64,000 bases of DNA from Acidimicrobiales bacterium (GTDB lineage Bacteria > Actinomycetota > Acidimicrobiia > Acidimicrobiales > Bog-793): NCBI GenBank assembly GCA_049523315.1, contig JBEKMZ010000005.1, positions 10,179-74,178 of the forward strand, read 5' to 3'. The notes below the pieces were generated by a model. That model saw nothing but the letters and a program-made list of their open reading frames with translations, was not told the origin of the DNA and searched no databases. Position numbers and translations under genes: made by a program. Below, in pieces: positions 47,261-56,623 of this stretch. The stretch's first letter is position 1; each line of letters begins with the position of its first letter.

Positions 47261-48486
47261 AGCCCGACCCGGCCCTCGGCTCGCTCCTCGTAAGGGGGAT
47301 CGGCCAGCTCGTCACGAACCGGCCCGAGCTCGGCTCGGGGGCGCTCGGTTTGCTGCGCGACGTCGACCTCGTCGTTGAGGGAGGCAAAGTTGCCTGGATC
47401 GGAGCGGCCAGGACGGCTCCGGCGACCGATTCGGTCCTCGACGCGGCCGACCGGTGCGTGATCCCCGGTTTTGTCGACTCGCACACGCACCTTGTCTTCG
47501 CGGGCGACCGGGTCGAGGAGTTCACGGCGCGGATGTCCGGCCAGCCTTATGTGGCCGGAGGGATCTTCTCCACCGTCGCGGCCACACGCTTAGCTCCCGA
47601 GAGCGAGCTCTTGCGGACGGCCAGCAAGCTCGCGCGCGAGGCCGAGGCGCAGGGCACGACGACGCTCGAGACGAAATCTGGTTACGGCCTCACAGTCATC
47701 GACGAGTCGCGATGCCTAGACGTCGCAGGGAGCGTCGCGGAGGAGGTCACCTACCTGGGCGCCCACGTCGTGGCGCCCGAGTACCGCGACCGGGAGAAGG
47801 ACTACGTCGCTCTCGTCACAGGTCCCATGCTCGAAGCCTGCGCTCCCCGGGCCAGGTGGTGTGACGTCTTTTGCGAAGAGGGGGCCTTCGGCCCCGATGC
47901 CACGCGGGAGATCCTCGAGGCGGCGCGGGCGTGTGGCCTCGGACTGCGTGTGCACGCGAATCAGCTCACCCACGGCGAGGGGGTCCGCCTCGCCGTCGAG
48001 ATGGGCGCGGCTTCCGCGGACCACTGCACTCACCTCGACGCCGCCGACATCGACGCGCTCGCCGGTTCCGCGACAGTGGCGACCCTGCTACCCGGGGCCG
48101 AGTTCTCAACTCGCTCGCCCTACCCCGACGCGCGCCGGCTCCTCGAGGCAGGCGTGACTGTCGCCATCGCGACCGACTGCAACCCCGGGACCAGTTACAC
48201 GACGAGCATGCCTTTTGTGATCGCCCTGGCCGTGCGCGAGATGCACATGACCCCGGACGAGGCGCTCCATGCGGCTACGGCCGGAGGTGCCCGGGCGCTG
48301 CGACGCGACGATCTCGGTGCGCTCGGGCCCGGCAACCGCGCCGATCTCGTCGTACTGGACGCTCCTGCTCCCGCGCATCTCGCCTATCGCCCCGGCGTCG
48401 ATCTTGTCGCCACCGTCATGCGCGCGGGCCGGATAATCGACCCAATGCCCGCCAAGTCGCCCGCCGGGCGCGACCCGGCGTGCTGA
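47257..48486 (+). CDS. hutI: Imidazolonepropionase
   Basis: [50 protein letters not shown]. Confidence 0.94.
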   Translation: MKPDPALGSLLVRGIGQLVTNRPELGSGALGLLRDVDLVVEGGKVAWIGAARTAPATDSVLDAADRCVIPGFVDSHTHLVFAGDRVEEFTARMSGQPYVAGGIFSTVAATRLAPESELLRTASKLAREAEAQGTTTLETKSGYGLTVIDESRCLDVAGSVAEEVTYLGAHVVAPEYRDREKDYVALVTGPMLEACAPRARWCDVFCEEGAFGPDATREILEAARACGLGLRVHANQLTHGEGVRLAVEMGAASADHCTHLDAADIDALAGSATVATLLPGAEFSTRSPYPDARRLLEAGVTVAIATDCNPGTSYTTSMPFVIALAVREMHMTPDEALHAATAGGARALRRDDLGALGPGNRADLVVLDAPAPAHLAYRPGVDLVATVMRAGRIIDPMPAKSPAGRDPAC

Positions 48487-48500
48487 GCGCTTTGTGACTG

Positions 48501-48518
48501 CCCGCCGCGGACGGCGGG
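48501..48518 (+). terminator. Short GC hairpin after hutI
   Basis: CCCGCCG-CGGA-CGGCGGG; no U-tract. Confidence 0.35.
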
Positions 48519-48544
48519 TGCCTGCGACTTAAGCTGCCCAGGCT

Positions 48545-49150
48545 GTGATCGACTCGGACCTGAAGCCAGCCCCAACGCGGGCGCGCAAAACCGGTGCGCA
48601 CCGGCGACGGCGTCGCCGCTTGTACGAGTGGGTGAGCGTCGTTGTGTTCGCCGTCCTCGTGGCAGGGGGGCTGCGCACATTCGTCGTGCAGGCGTTCTTC
48701 GTGCCCAGCGGCTCGATGCTACCGACCCTTCAGATAGGCGACCGTATTCTCGTCGTGAAGGCCGGTTACACGATCCACCGCGGGGACATCGTCGTGTTCC
48801 GCCGGACGCCGGCCGATACCTCCACCACCGACGCAGATCTCGTGAAGCGCGTCATAGGCCTGCCGGGCGAGACGATCTCGTCGCACGGCGACACGGTGCT
48901 CATTGACGGCAAGCCGATCGCAGAGCCATGGTTACCGCCTCTCGGGATGCAGGACGGCACCAACTGCGCGGAGAGCGCCTTCGATATCCCGACGACGAAG
49001 ATCCCGCCCAACCACTACTTCATGATGGGTGACTGTCGCGGGAACTCCGTCGACAGCAGGTCCTGGGGCACCGTCCCGTCCTCGTACATCGTGGGCAAGG
49101 TTTTCGTCATCGTGTGGCGCTTCGGCCACCCCTACTTTCACTGGTTCTGA
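48545..49150 (+). CDS. lepB: Signal peptidase I
   Basis: One TM helix, VPSGSMLPTL (Ser), RGDIVVF, LVKRVIGLPGE (Lys), MGD.R.NS.DSR. Confidence 0.93.
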   Translation: MIDSDLKPAPTRARKTGAHRRRRRRLYEWVSVVVFAVLVAGGLRTFVVQAFFVPSGSMLPTLQIGDRILVVKAGYTIHRGDIVVFRRTPADTSTTDADLVKRVIGLPGETISSHGDTVLIDGKPIAEPWLPPLGMQDGTNCAESAFDIPTTKIPPNHYFMMGDCRGNSVDSRSWGTVPSSYIVGKVFVIVWRFGHPYFHWF

Positions 49151-49179
49151 CCCGCCCCTTGGTGAACGGCCCGTCAACC

Positions 49180-49878
49180 TTGTCGACCCGGCGCAGCGCC
49201 AGCGCGGCCTCGGCTCGTCGCCGACGGGCGCGCCTGGCCGCGCTCCGGCGCCGCCGGGTCGTGCTCGCACTCATGCTCATCATCGTCGTGTTGGTAGTCG
49301 CGAAGCTTGCCTTTGGCGCCAGCGGCGGGCCCCAGCTGACCCCGCAGCAAGCCAGGGTCGTCGCGATTTCGACGAGCCAGCTCGGCTACAAGACCGACCC
49401 CCCCGATACCTACTGCAACCGCTTCAGCGCCTATTGGCACACGGGCGCTCTCGACTGTCCCAACTCGAACCGGGACGAGCAATGGTGCGCGGACTTCGCC
49501 GCCTGGGTGTGGCGCAAGGCCGGCGTCCAGTTCGTCTACGGCCAGGGCCCGGGCGAGATCAACGCAGCCTCGGTGAGCTTTTACCTGTGGGGTGTCGCGC
49601 ACCACCGCTGGCACGCGGTCGGGTCTGGCTACGTCCCCGAGCCCGGGGACGTAGCCGTCTACGGGCTCGACATCGGGAGCACGCAGGCACAGCACGTGGC
49701 GATTGTCACCAGCTACGTACCCGGGGCGAGGGGCCCGAACGTCGTCAACGGTGACGGGGAACGGACCGGCTTCAGCGTCGTCGAGACCGGTATCGACCAG
49801 TACAAGGCCGACCTGACAGGTGACGGTGGTCTGCTGGCCGGGTACGTGTCGCCCGCGCCCGAGCCGCACCCCCACTGA
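49180..49878 (+). CDS. Membrane-anchored CHAP-domain cysteine peptidase/amidase
   Basis: Arg-rich N-terminus + TM helix; WCADFAAWVW, P.PGDVAVY, HVAIV; start uncertain (49162 or 49180). Confidence 0.8.
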   Translation: MSTRRSASAASARRRRARLAALRRRRVVLALMLIIVVLVVAKLAFGASGGPQLTPQQARVVAISTSQLGYKTDPPDTYCNRFSAYWHTGALDCPNSNRDEQWCADFAAWVWRKAGVQFVYGQGPGEINAASVSFYLWGVAHHRWHAVGSGYVPEPGDVAVYGLDIGSTQAQHVAIVTSYVPGARGPNVVNGDGERTGFSVVETGIDQYKADLTGDGGLLAGYVSPAPEPHPH

Positions 49879-49941
49879 CACTGGGCCGATCGTCAGGTGA
49901 TGCGGACGCGCCAGAGCCGTTCATTGCGCTAGAACAGGTCT

Positions 49942-51312
49942 ATGGCGATTGCAACGGTGAACCCTGCTACCGGTGAGACCCTCAGGACCTTCGAACCCCA
50001 TGACGGGGCAGAAATCGAGCGACGAGTAGCTCTCGCAGACAGCGCGTTCGGCTCCTATCGCCGGACCACTTTCGAGGAACGAGCCCGGCTCGTGCGCGCC
50101 ATGGCGGACGTGCTCGAGACGGACCAGGCGACGATCGCCGAGATGATGACCATCGAGATGGGCAAGCCCATCGTCCAGGCCCGTGCCGAGGTCACAAAGT
50201 GCGTCGGCGTGCTGCGCTACTACGCGGAGCACGCCGCGGCAATGGTCGCCGATGAGCCGGTTCCCGGCACGGCCGCCAAGTACGGCTCGTACCTCAAGTA
50301 CCAGCCGATCGGCCCGGTATTGGCCGTGATGCCTTGGAACTTCCCGCTTTGGCAGGTCATCAGGTTTGCAGCTCCGACATTGATGGTCGGAAACGTCGCG
50401 CTTTTGAAGCACGCTTCGAACGTGCCCCAGACGGCGCTCATCATCGAGGACGCGGCCCGTCGCGCCGGCTTCCCCGAGGGCGTGTTCCAGACCCTTCTCG
50501 TCGGCGGCGACGGGGTGAAGGCGATCTTGGAGGACGAGCGCGTCGTCGCCGCCACGTTGACGGGCAGCGAAGGCGCAGGGCGCTCGGTCGCGGCCATAGC
50601 GGGTAACGCCATCAAGAAGACGGTTCTCGAACTGGGTGGCGCAGACCCGTTCATCGTGATGCCGTCCGCCGACATCGAGCGAGCGGTCGAGGTCGGCGTG
50701 ACGGCGCGTGTCCAGAACAACGGCCAGAGCTGTATAGCGGCAAAGCGGTTTCTCATCCACGAGGCGATCGCGGATCAGTACGAGGAGCGCTACGGCGAGG
50801 CAATGTCCAAGCTCGTCGTCGGCGACCCTCTCGACGAGGCGACCCAGATTGGGCCGCTAGCTACCGCCCAAGGTCGCGCCGAGGTGAACGAGCAGGTTAC
50901 AGACGCGCTGTCGAAGGGGGCAAAGGCCCTCTGCGGCGGTGAGGCGATTGAGGGTCCGGGATGGTTCGTGCAGCCCACGTCCCTTACGGGGCTCACCCCG
51001 CAGATGCGGGTCTATCGCGAGGAGGTCTTCGGACCCGTGACCTCGTTCTTCCGCGTTGCCAGCATCGACGAAGCGATTGCGCTTGCCAATGACTCCGACT
51101 TCGGACTCAGCTCGAGTGTCTGGACCGAGGACGCGGCCGAAAAGGAGCGCTTCGCCGACGAGATCGAGGCAGGAATGGTCTACATCAACGCCATGACCGT
51201 CTCGTACTTCGACCTTCCCTTCGGTGGCATAAAGCGCTCTGGCTACGGCCGGGAGCTCTCGGCTGTCGGCGTCCGGGAATTCACCAACATCAAGACTGTC
51301 TGGCAGGGCTGA
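49942..51312 (+). CDS. NAD(P)-dependent succinate-semialdehyde dehydrogenase (GabD1/Sad-like)
   Basis: MPWNFP.WQ..RF, LKHASNVP, LTGSE.AG, ELGG.DP, NGQSCIAAKRF, EE.FGP, PFGGIK.SGYGREL. Confidence 0.9.
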   Translation: MAIATVNPATGETLRTFEPHDGAEIERRVALADSAFGSYRRTTFEERARLVRAMADVLETDQATIAEMMTIEMGKPIVQARAEVTKCVGVLRYYAEHAAAMVADEPVPGTAAKYGSYLKYQPIGPVLAVMPWNFPLWQVIRFAAPTLMVGNVALLKHASNVPQTALIIEDAARRAGFPEGVFQTLLVGGDGVKAILEDERVVAATLTGSEGAGRSVAAIAGNAIKKTVLELGGADPFIVMPSADIERAVEVGVTARVQNNGQSCIAAKRFLIHEAIADQYEERYGEAMSKLVVGDPLDEATQIGPLATAQGRAEVNEQVTDALSKGAKALCGGEAIEGPGWFVQPTSLTGLTPQMRVYREEVFGPVTSFFRVASIDEAIALANDSDFGLSSSVWTEDAAEKERFADEIEAGMVYINAMTVSYFDLPFGGIKRSGYGRELSAVGVREFTNIKTVWQG

Positions 51313-51359
51313 GCGAGGCGAGCGCACCCGACCTTGACGCGGCCGACTTCCTGTGGCCG

Positions 51360-53246
51360 TCATAGGACGCGCTTGGCCATCTCCGAGGTGTCATATCCGC
51401 CTAGTGCATGCACCGAAGTTTGGAACCGGCCTGATGACAGCAGGTCCCACAAGGGTGCCAGCAACGGGTCATCGACCGATTCGGCTTCCAGCACAAGGTC
51501 GTAGGGTTCTGTTTTTAGGGGGATGAAGCCGAGCCCGAACGCCCGCGCCGCGGCGAGCACGCCGAGGCCGCAGTCGGAGCGGCCTGCGGCTATGGAGGCT
51601 GCGACCGCGAGGTGAGTGTGCTCTTCGCGCCGATAGCCGGAAACTAAGGAGGCTGAGATGGCGAGGCGATCGAGCTCGTAGTCGAAGAGGGCCCGCGTCG
51701 CCGAGCCTGGTTGACGGTTGACGTACTTGATGCCGCCTCGGGCAAGGTCCGCGAGGCCCGAGAGGCCGAGCGGATTGCCCGGGGCGACGATCAGTCCTTG
51801 TTCTCGACTGACCAATCGCACGGCGGCAAGGTTGCGCCCTGGGAGCACGTGATCGAGGTAACCGAGGCCGTAATCGCCTGTGGTCGGGTCGAGTTGGACC
51901 GTGCCGGCGAGGTGGCACAGCCCGTCGCGAAGCGCGGCGAGCCCTGCGAGCGAGCCCAAGTTCCAAGTCGCAAGTGTCTGGCTTCTGGAACCACTGCGCA
52001 ATGCCGATGCCGTCAGATCGAGAGCGAGGTCCCCGGATCCCACTTCCACGACGGTGCTCTCGATCTCGGCCGGGTTCCTTAGGAGCTGGATCTCCACGTC
52101 GGCGCCCTCGCCGTGGCCTTCCGACCCAGCAGGTACCAGCAACAGCCCGTCCGCGCGAACGAGAGAAGTGAGCACGCCCGCACCGCGGGGGAGCGCCACC
52201 GCTACGAGGCGCCCGTTCACAGCTCCGAGGCGGACGCGCACCCATTCGTCGAGGTCCGCTGGCGACTTGATCTCGCGCGCGAGCAGAGCATGGGAAGTCG
52301 GTCGGGCTTGTTCGATGGAGCCTTCGAGACGCGCGATGAGCGGTTTGGCGAAGACATCGAAGCTGAGCGCCGCCGAGACCGGATAACCTGGCGCCCCCAC
52401 AACGGGCGTGCGGTCGATAGCTCCCAGCACGACGGGGTGGCCCGGCCGGACCGCCACGCCATGCACCGCCAGCACGCCAAGGTGCCTGATAACCGCTACC
52501 GTGTGATCGTCGCGCCCCGCGCTGGCACCAGCAACGATGATCAACAGGTCGCAGGTCTCTGCCGCTTTCGCGGCGGCGCGCCCGATCTGTTCGGGGTCGT
52601 CGGGCTCGATCGGGAGCACGACCGCTTCGCACCCGAGCTCTCTTGCTTGCCCGGCCAGCATGATCGAGTTCGTGTCATAAAATTGACCACCTTTCAGTTC
52701 GGCACCGACGGGCCGGATCTCGTCACCCGTGGGCAGGACCGCTACGAGCGGTCTCCGCCGCACTAGCACGCTGTCCACGCCTGCGGCCCCGCAGGCGGCG
52801 ACATCGACGGCGCGCAGGCGATGACCTTCGAACAGGAGGAGCTCGTTGGCGACGATGTCCTCGCCGATCGAGCGCACGTTCTGATACGCGACCGCCTCGC
52901 AGCGGAGCTCGGCCGCACCATCTCGGACGCGGACGTTTTCGCGCATCACCACGGCGTCGAAACCTTCGGGGAGAGGATCCCCGGTGTCGACCACCTCGTA
53001 TCCGCCGACGGGAATCAGGAGCGGCGCTTCCTCCGCGGCGCCGACGGTGTCGGCCGCGCGCACGGCGATTCCGTCCATGGCCGAAGCGTCGAAGGGAGGA
53101 GACGACCGCTGCGCCCAAATGTTGCGGGCCGTGACCCGGCCAGCGGCCTCGGAGACCGGCAGCAGCACGGTCTCGAGGCGGTCGGGGCACAAGGCCTTCG
53201 TGCACGCCGAGTACCAGACCTCGAGTGCCTCTGCGACAGTCGTCAC
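51360..53246 (-). CDS. moeA: Molybdopterin biosynthesis MoeA fused to a C-terminal periplasmic-binding-like (PBP/LysR-substrate) domain
   Basis: SAMDGIAV, PTGDE, DTNS, RPG.P, PGYPVSA; PBP part GSL.GL.AL, REQGL, NRQPGS.TR, GY..E..TH. Confidence 0.88.
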   Translation of the reverse strand: MTTVAEALEVWYSACTKALCPDRLETVLLPVSEAAGRVTARNIWAQRSSPPFDASAMDGIAVRAADTVGAAEEAPLLIPVGGYEVVDTGDPLPEGFDAVVMRENVRVRDGAAELRCEAVAYQNVRSIGEDIVANELLLFEGHRLRAVDVAACGAAGVDSVLVRRRPLVAVLPTGDEIRPVGAELKGGQFYDTNSIMLAGQARELGCEAVVLPIEPDDPEQIGRAAAKAAETCDLLIIVAGASAGRDDHTVAVIRHLGVLAVHGVAVRPGHPVVLGAIDRTPVVGAPGYPVSAALSFDVFAKPLIARLEGSIEQARPTSHALLAREIKSPADLDEWVRVRLGAVNGRLVAVALPRGAGVLTSLVRADGLLLVPAGSEGHGEGADVEIQLLRNPAEIESTVVEVGSGDLALDLTASALRSGSRSQTLATWNLGSLAGLAALRDGLCHLAGTVQLDPTTGDYGLGYLDHVLPGRNLAAVRLVSREQGLIVAPGNPLGLSGLADLARGGIKYVNRQPGSATRALFDYELDRLAISASLVSGYRREEHTHLAVAASIAAGRSDCGLGVLAAARAFGLGFIPLKTEPYDLVLEAESVDDPLLAPLWDLLSSGRFQTSVHALGGYDTSEMAKRVL

Positions 53247-53248
53247 GA

Positions 53249-54085
53249 CTATGCCCGTACCCTCCCGAAATAGACTACGTCGCCTGTGACGAGGGGCTCT
53301 TCAGGATCGGGGCGCACCTTTTCGCCGTTCAAGGCAACAACGAGCTGCGAGCTGAGCCTCACTCCTATCGCCTCGGCCGCACCGCCGAGCGTGGCCGCAC
53401 GAAGCGTGATCGGGCCAGGCCGGCGGGACCCTTCAGCGTCGAGCCATTGGACCTGAATCGTCGGCTGAGGTTGGGCTCTCGCGGTCTCGTACTCCTGCGG
53501 ATTGTTTAGATTGGTCACCGACTCGAGCCCCGGGTCGAGGCTTGCAACGCACGGGTCTGCGAGCAGCGACGCCTCGTCGAGCTCCTTCCAACTGCACGCC
53601 TCGAGCAGGAGTGAGACACGTAGGCGCTGAGAGCTCAGCAAGCTCCGCACGAGAGGCCCCAGTCCCACGCGATAAGCAGCTGAGAGTGGCTGGCGAAACC
53701 CACGCACGCACGGGACGCACGCCTCGGCGCTATCACCGAGCTCACTCACAACTCGGCGCAAGAATGCGGGATGGAGGAACGGCAGATCAGTGGAGGAAAC
53801 GTATGCGACGTCGCATCGGCCCTCCAGCGCGTCGAGGCCTACGCTCAGGCCCGCCAGCGGGCCCTTGTCCTCCTCGAGGTCCTCGAGGACTTCGAACGTG
53901 GCTGGCAGGTGGGGGAGCGGCTGGCCCGGCGAGCGGACTAGCACCAGCGGGCCGCAGACTCCCCGAGAGACTATTCCTGCGACGCGCCGGACCAGGGTGG
54001 AGCCATGCCATGCCAGGCAAGCCTTGGAATCGCCCATCCGAGACGACAGGCCTCCGACAAGGACTATCCCGCCGTTGCGACTCAC
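53249..54085 (-). CDS. mobA: Molybdenum cofactor guanylyltransferase with a C-terminal MoaD/ThiS-like domain
   Basis: LVGGLSSRMG..KA, GPLAG, DLP, QPL.A.Y, N.NNP; C-terminal AATL...VALNG...PL..GD.V. Confidence 0.82.
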   Translation of the reverse strand: MSRNGGIVLVGGLSSRMGDSKACLAWHGSTLVRRVAGIVSRGVCGPLVLVRSPGQPLPHLPATFEVLEDLEEDKGPLAGLSVGLDALEGRCDVAYVSSTDLPFLHPAFLRRVVSELGDSAEACVPCVRGFRQPLSAAYRVGLGPLVRSLLSSQRLRVSLLLEACSWKELDEASLLADPCVASLDPGLESVTNLNNPQEYETARAQPQPTIQVQWLDAEGSRRPGPITLRAATLGGAAEAIGVRLSSQLVVALNGEKVRPDPEEPLVTGDVVYFGRVRA

Positions 54086-54144
54086 GAAGTGCCAGGCCTA
54101 CTCATGTCTCTATGGGCCCTATTGGGTACGACAAGCGGACGTGT

Positions 54145-54396
54145 TCAACCGGCGTCGTGTGGATCTCCCTGGTTCGAGAGCTCGTCCGCGATCCGACGGG
54201 CGGTTGCCAGGGCGTCGGCGAGCGGCACTCCTGAACGGGCCGCGAGGTAGCAACTGACTGGCGCTGCCGTACGCTCGGATGCGTGTGCGGCGACTCCGGC
54301 GAGCGCGAGGAGCGTCTCGATGTCTCTGTCCGAGATGGAGGGCGAGCCCAAAGCCACCGTGTACCTGTCGAGCCAACTACGCATGTCGAGTGCCAT
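54145..54396 (-). CDS. DUF6457-like small protein
   Basis: W...LG...LL.LA..AAH..R.AAP...YL motif; TAGGCT -10 box 8 nt upstream of ATG 54396. Confidence 0.75.
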   Translation of the reverse strand: MALDMRSWLDRYTVALGSPSISDRDIETLLALAGVAAHASERTAAPVSCYLAARSGVPLADALATARRIADELSNQGDPHDAG

Positions 54397-56623
54397 GACC
54401 ACCGAGCCTAGCCAGCAGCCGCGCGTCCCATCTTCGGCTCGGGTCGTAAGGGTGCCCCTGGCCATGGACAAATCTCCGAGTGCCGTACTGCGGTCCGCCG
54501 CCGGCGATGCCCGGCCCTTCGCGCTCGTCGGCGCATGGTCGGGCGGCCATGCCCTTGTTGGGTCGGAGCCCCTGCTGGTCGCCGAGGACGCCGACGACCC
54601 TTTCGCAGTGCTCGACGAGCAGCCAGCGATCACCGCCACCGTGCCTGGCGCAACCGGGGGTGGTTGGGTCGGGTACCTCGGCTACGGCCTAGCCCGGCTC
54701 GTCGAGCGGTTGCCGGCCTCGCCGCCGCGCCCCGTGCCGGTGCCGAGTTCGATACTCGCCTTTTACGACCACCTGCTCGCTCGCGACGACTTTGGCAGAT
54801 GGTGGTTCGAAGCCCTCTGGTCAAAAGAGCAAGAAGAGCGTCTTGAGTCTCGCCTAAGCGAGTGGCAGCGTCGCGCCCGCGAGCCAGAAGCCGGCAAGGC
54901 TAGGTTCGAATGTGGGAGTTTCCTCCCGAGCCCGGATGCGGAGAACCATCTCGTGTTGGTGGCGCGGGCGATCGAGCACATCCGCTCCGGCGACGTGTTC
55001 CAGGTCAACGTATGCACGCGCCTCGAGGCCGAGTTCACCGGGGACCCGATCGAGCTCTTCTGCGCGGGTGCGGATCGTCTTTCGCCGCGCTATGGCGCCT
55101 TCCTCGGGCACCCTTCGCTTGCTGTGGCCAGCTTTTCGCCCGAGCTCTTCTTGAAACGCCGCGTTCGGCAGGTCCTGAGCTCACCAATCAAGGGAACGGC
55201 GAGGCGTCAAGGCCAGTCTGCGACAAGCCGTGACCAGTTGGTCGGCTCGGGCAAGGACCGAGCCGAGAACCTGATGATTGTCGATCTTGTGCGTAACGAT
55301 CTCGGGCGCGTTTGCCGTTACGGGAGCGTCAAGGTGCCGGAGCTCTACAGAGTTGAGAAGCACCCCGGCGTGTGGCACCTCGTTTCTGATGTGTCAGGAG
55401 AGCTGTCAGATGGTGTGTCCGACGCCGAGCTGTTGCGTGCGACCTTCCCGCCCGGTTCGGTCACGGGCGCCCCGAAGGTCAGAGCGATGGAGCTGGTGAC
55501 GGAGCTCGAAGGAACGGCCCGCGAGGTCTACACAGGCGCTGTCGGGATCGCGAGCCCAGTGACGGGTCTCGAGCTGAACGTCGCCATCCGGACCTTCGAG
55601 CTGTCAGACGGGAAGGTCTGGCTCGGCGTTGGCGGAGGTGTCGTGGCCGACTCGGAACTAGATCGCGAGCTCGAGGAGTGCTTCGACAAGGCCCGCCCCT
55701 TGCTGGCGGCCATAGGGGCAGAGCTCGGGCCTGCCCCCCGGCACGCCGGAGGCGGCGTGGCGAAAGCCGCGGTGAGGAGCGTGGCACCTCCTCTCATCGA
55801 TCCAGGTGCGGGCGTATTCGAGACGATCCTTGTTCTCGGCGGCCAGCCCGTCGAGCTGGAGTCGCACCTCGGTCGCCTTACTGCGAGCGTCTCGCGCCTT
55901 TACGGATCGTACCTTTCACCCGGCCTTGCTGCGGAGGTGATAGCAGTCGCGGCGAGCCGGACTGGCCCACACCGCCTGCGGGTCCGCGTGTACCCCTGCC
56001 CCACGGGGGCCCTCGGGACTGACATCTCGATTTCGGCGGCTCCAGAGGCCTTCTCCGGCTCCACCGGCCCCGGCGTGAGGTTGGTCCCGGTCACACTTCC
56101 CGGCGGGCTTGGTAGACACAAGTGGCACGATCGAGCGATCTTGTCCGATAGGCACGAATCCGTCGGCCTTGGCGCGCACGACCAGCTCCTTTTGGTTGAT
56201 GAGGACGGGGCCGTTCTCGAGAGCGAGCTAGCAAACGTCTTTGCTGTTCTCCGGGGCGTTGTCCGGACGCCGCCGGTTGACGGGCGCATACTCGCGGGCA
56301 CCACACGCGAGGCGGCGATAAGGCTAGCGAGGGCCGCAGGCTTCGAGGTCTCGGACCAAGCCCTCACCATCATCGAGCTCGCGTCGGCCGAGGAGGTGTT
56401 TCTCACAAGCTCGATCCGGGGCGTTCGCGCCGTGCGTGAGCTCTCGGGGGGCCGATCTTTCGAGCTCGGCCCGATCACGACTCGGATCGCGAAAGCCCTC
56501 TGGGCATCGTGGAACTGTGCCGTTGCCGGCATCGTCGCAGCTAATGTGCACGATCTGGCACGGCCGGTGCCGTATCCGACGGGAACGGCGTCGCGAGCTG
56601 TGCAAGGGGGGAAGTCGTCTTGA
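54395..56623 (+). CDS. pabB: Fused aminodeoxychorismate synthase component I / ADC lyase (PabB-PabC)
   Basis: GGWVGYLGY, GDVFQVN, SPELFL, PIKGT, KDRAENLMIVDLVRNDL, SVTGAPK; class IV aminotransferase part GVFETI, HL.RL, HK, E...NVF, ILAGT; start uncertain. Confidence 0.88.
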   Translation: MTTEPSQQPRVPSSARVVRVPLAMDKSPSAVLRSAAGDARPFALVGAWSGGHALVGSEPLLVAEDADDPFAVLDEQPAITATVPGATGGGWVGYLGYGLARLVERLPASPPRPVPVPSSILAFYDHLLARDDFGRWWFEALWSKEQEERLESRLSEWQRRAREPEAGKARFECGSFLPSPDAENHLVLVARAIEHIRSGDVFQVNVCTRLEAEFTGDPIELFCAGADRLSPRYGAFLGHPSLAVASFSPELFLKRRVRQVLSSPIKGTARRQGQSATSRDQLVGSGKDRAENLMIVDLVRNDLGRVCRYGSVKVPELYRVEKHPGVWHLVSDVSGELSDGVSDAELLRATFPPGSVTGAPKVRAMELVTELEGTAREVYTGAVGIASPVTGLELNVAIRTFELSDGKVWLGVGGGVVADSELDRELEECFDKARPLLAAIGAELGPAPRHAGGGVAKAAVRSVAPPLIDPGAGVFETILVLGGQPVELESHLGRLTASVSRLYGSYLSPGLAAEVIAVAASRTGPHRLRVRVYPCPTGALGTDISISAAPEAFSGSTGPGVRLVPVTLPGGLGRHKWHDRAILSDRHESVGLGAHDQLLLVDEDGAVLESELANVFAVLRGVVRTPPVDGRILAGTTREAAIRLARAAGFEVSDQALTIIELASAEEVFLTSSIRGVRAVRELSGGRSFELGPITTRIAKALWASWNCAVAGIVAANVHDLARPVPYPTGTASRAVQGGKSS

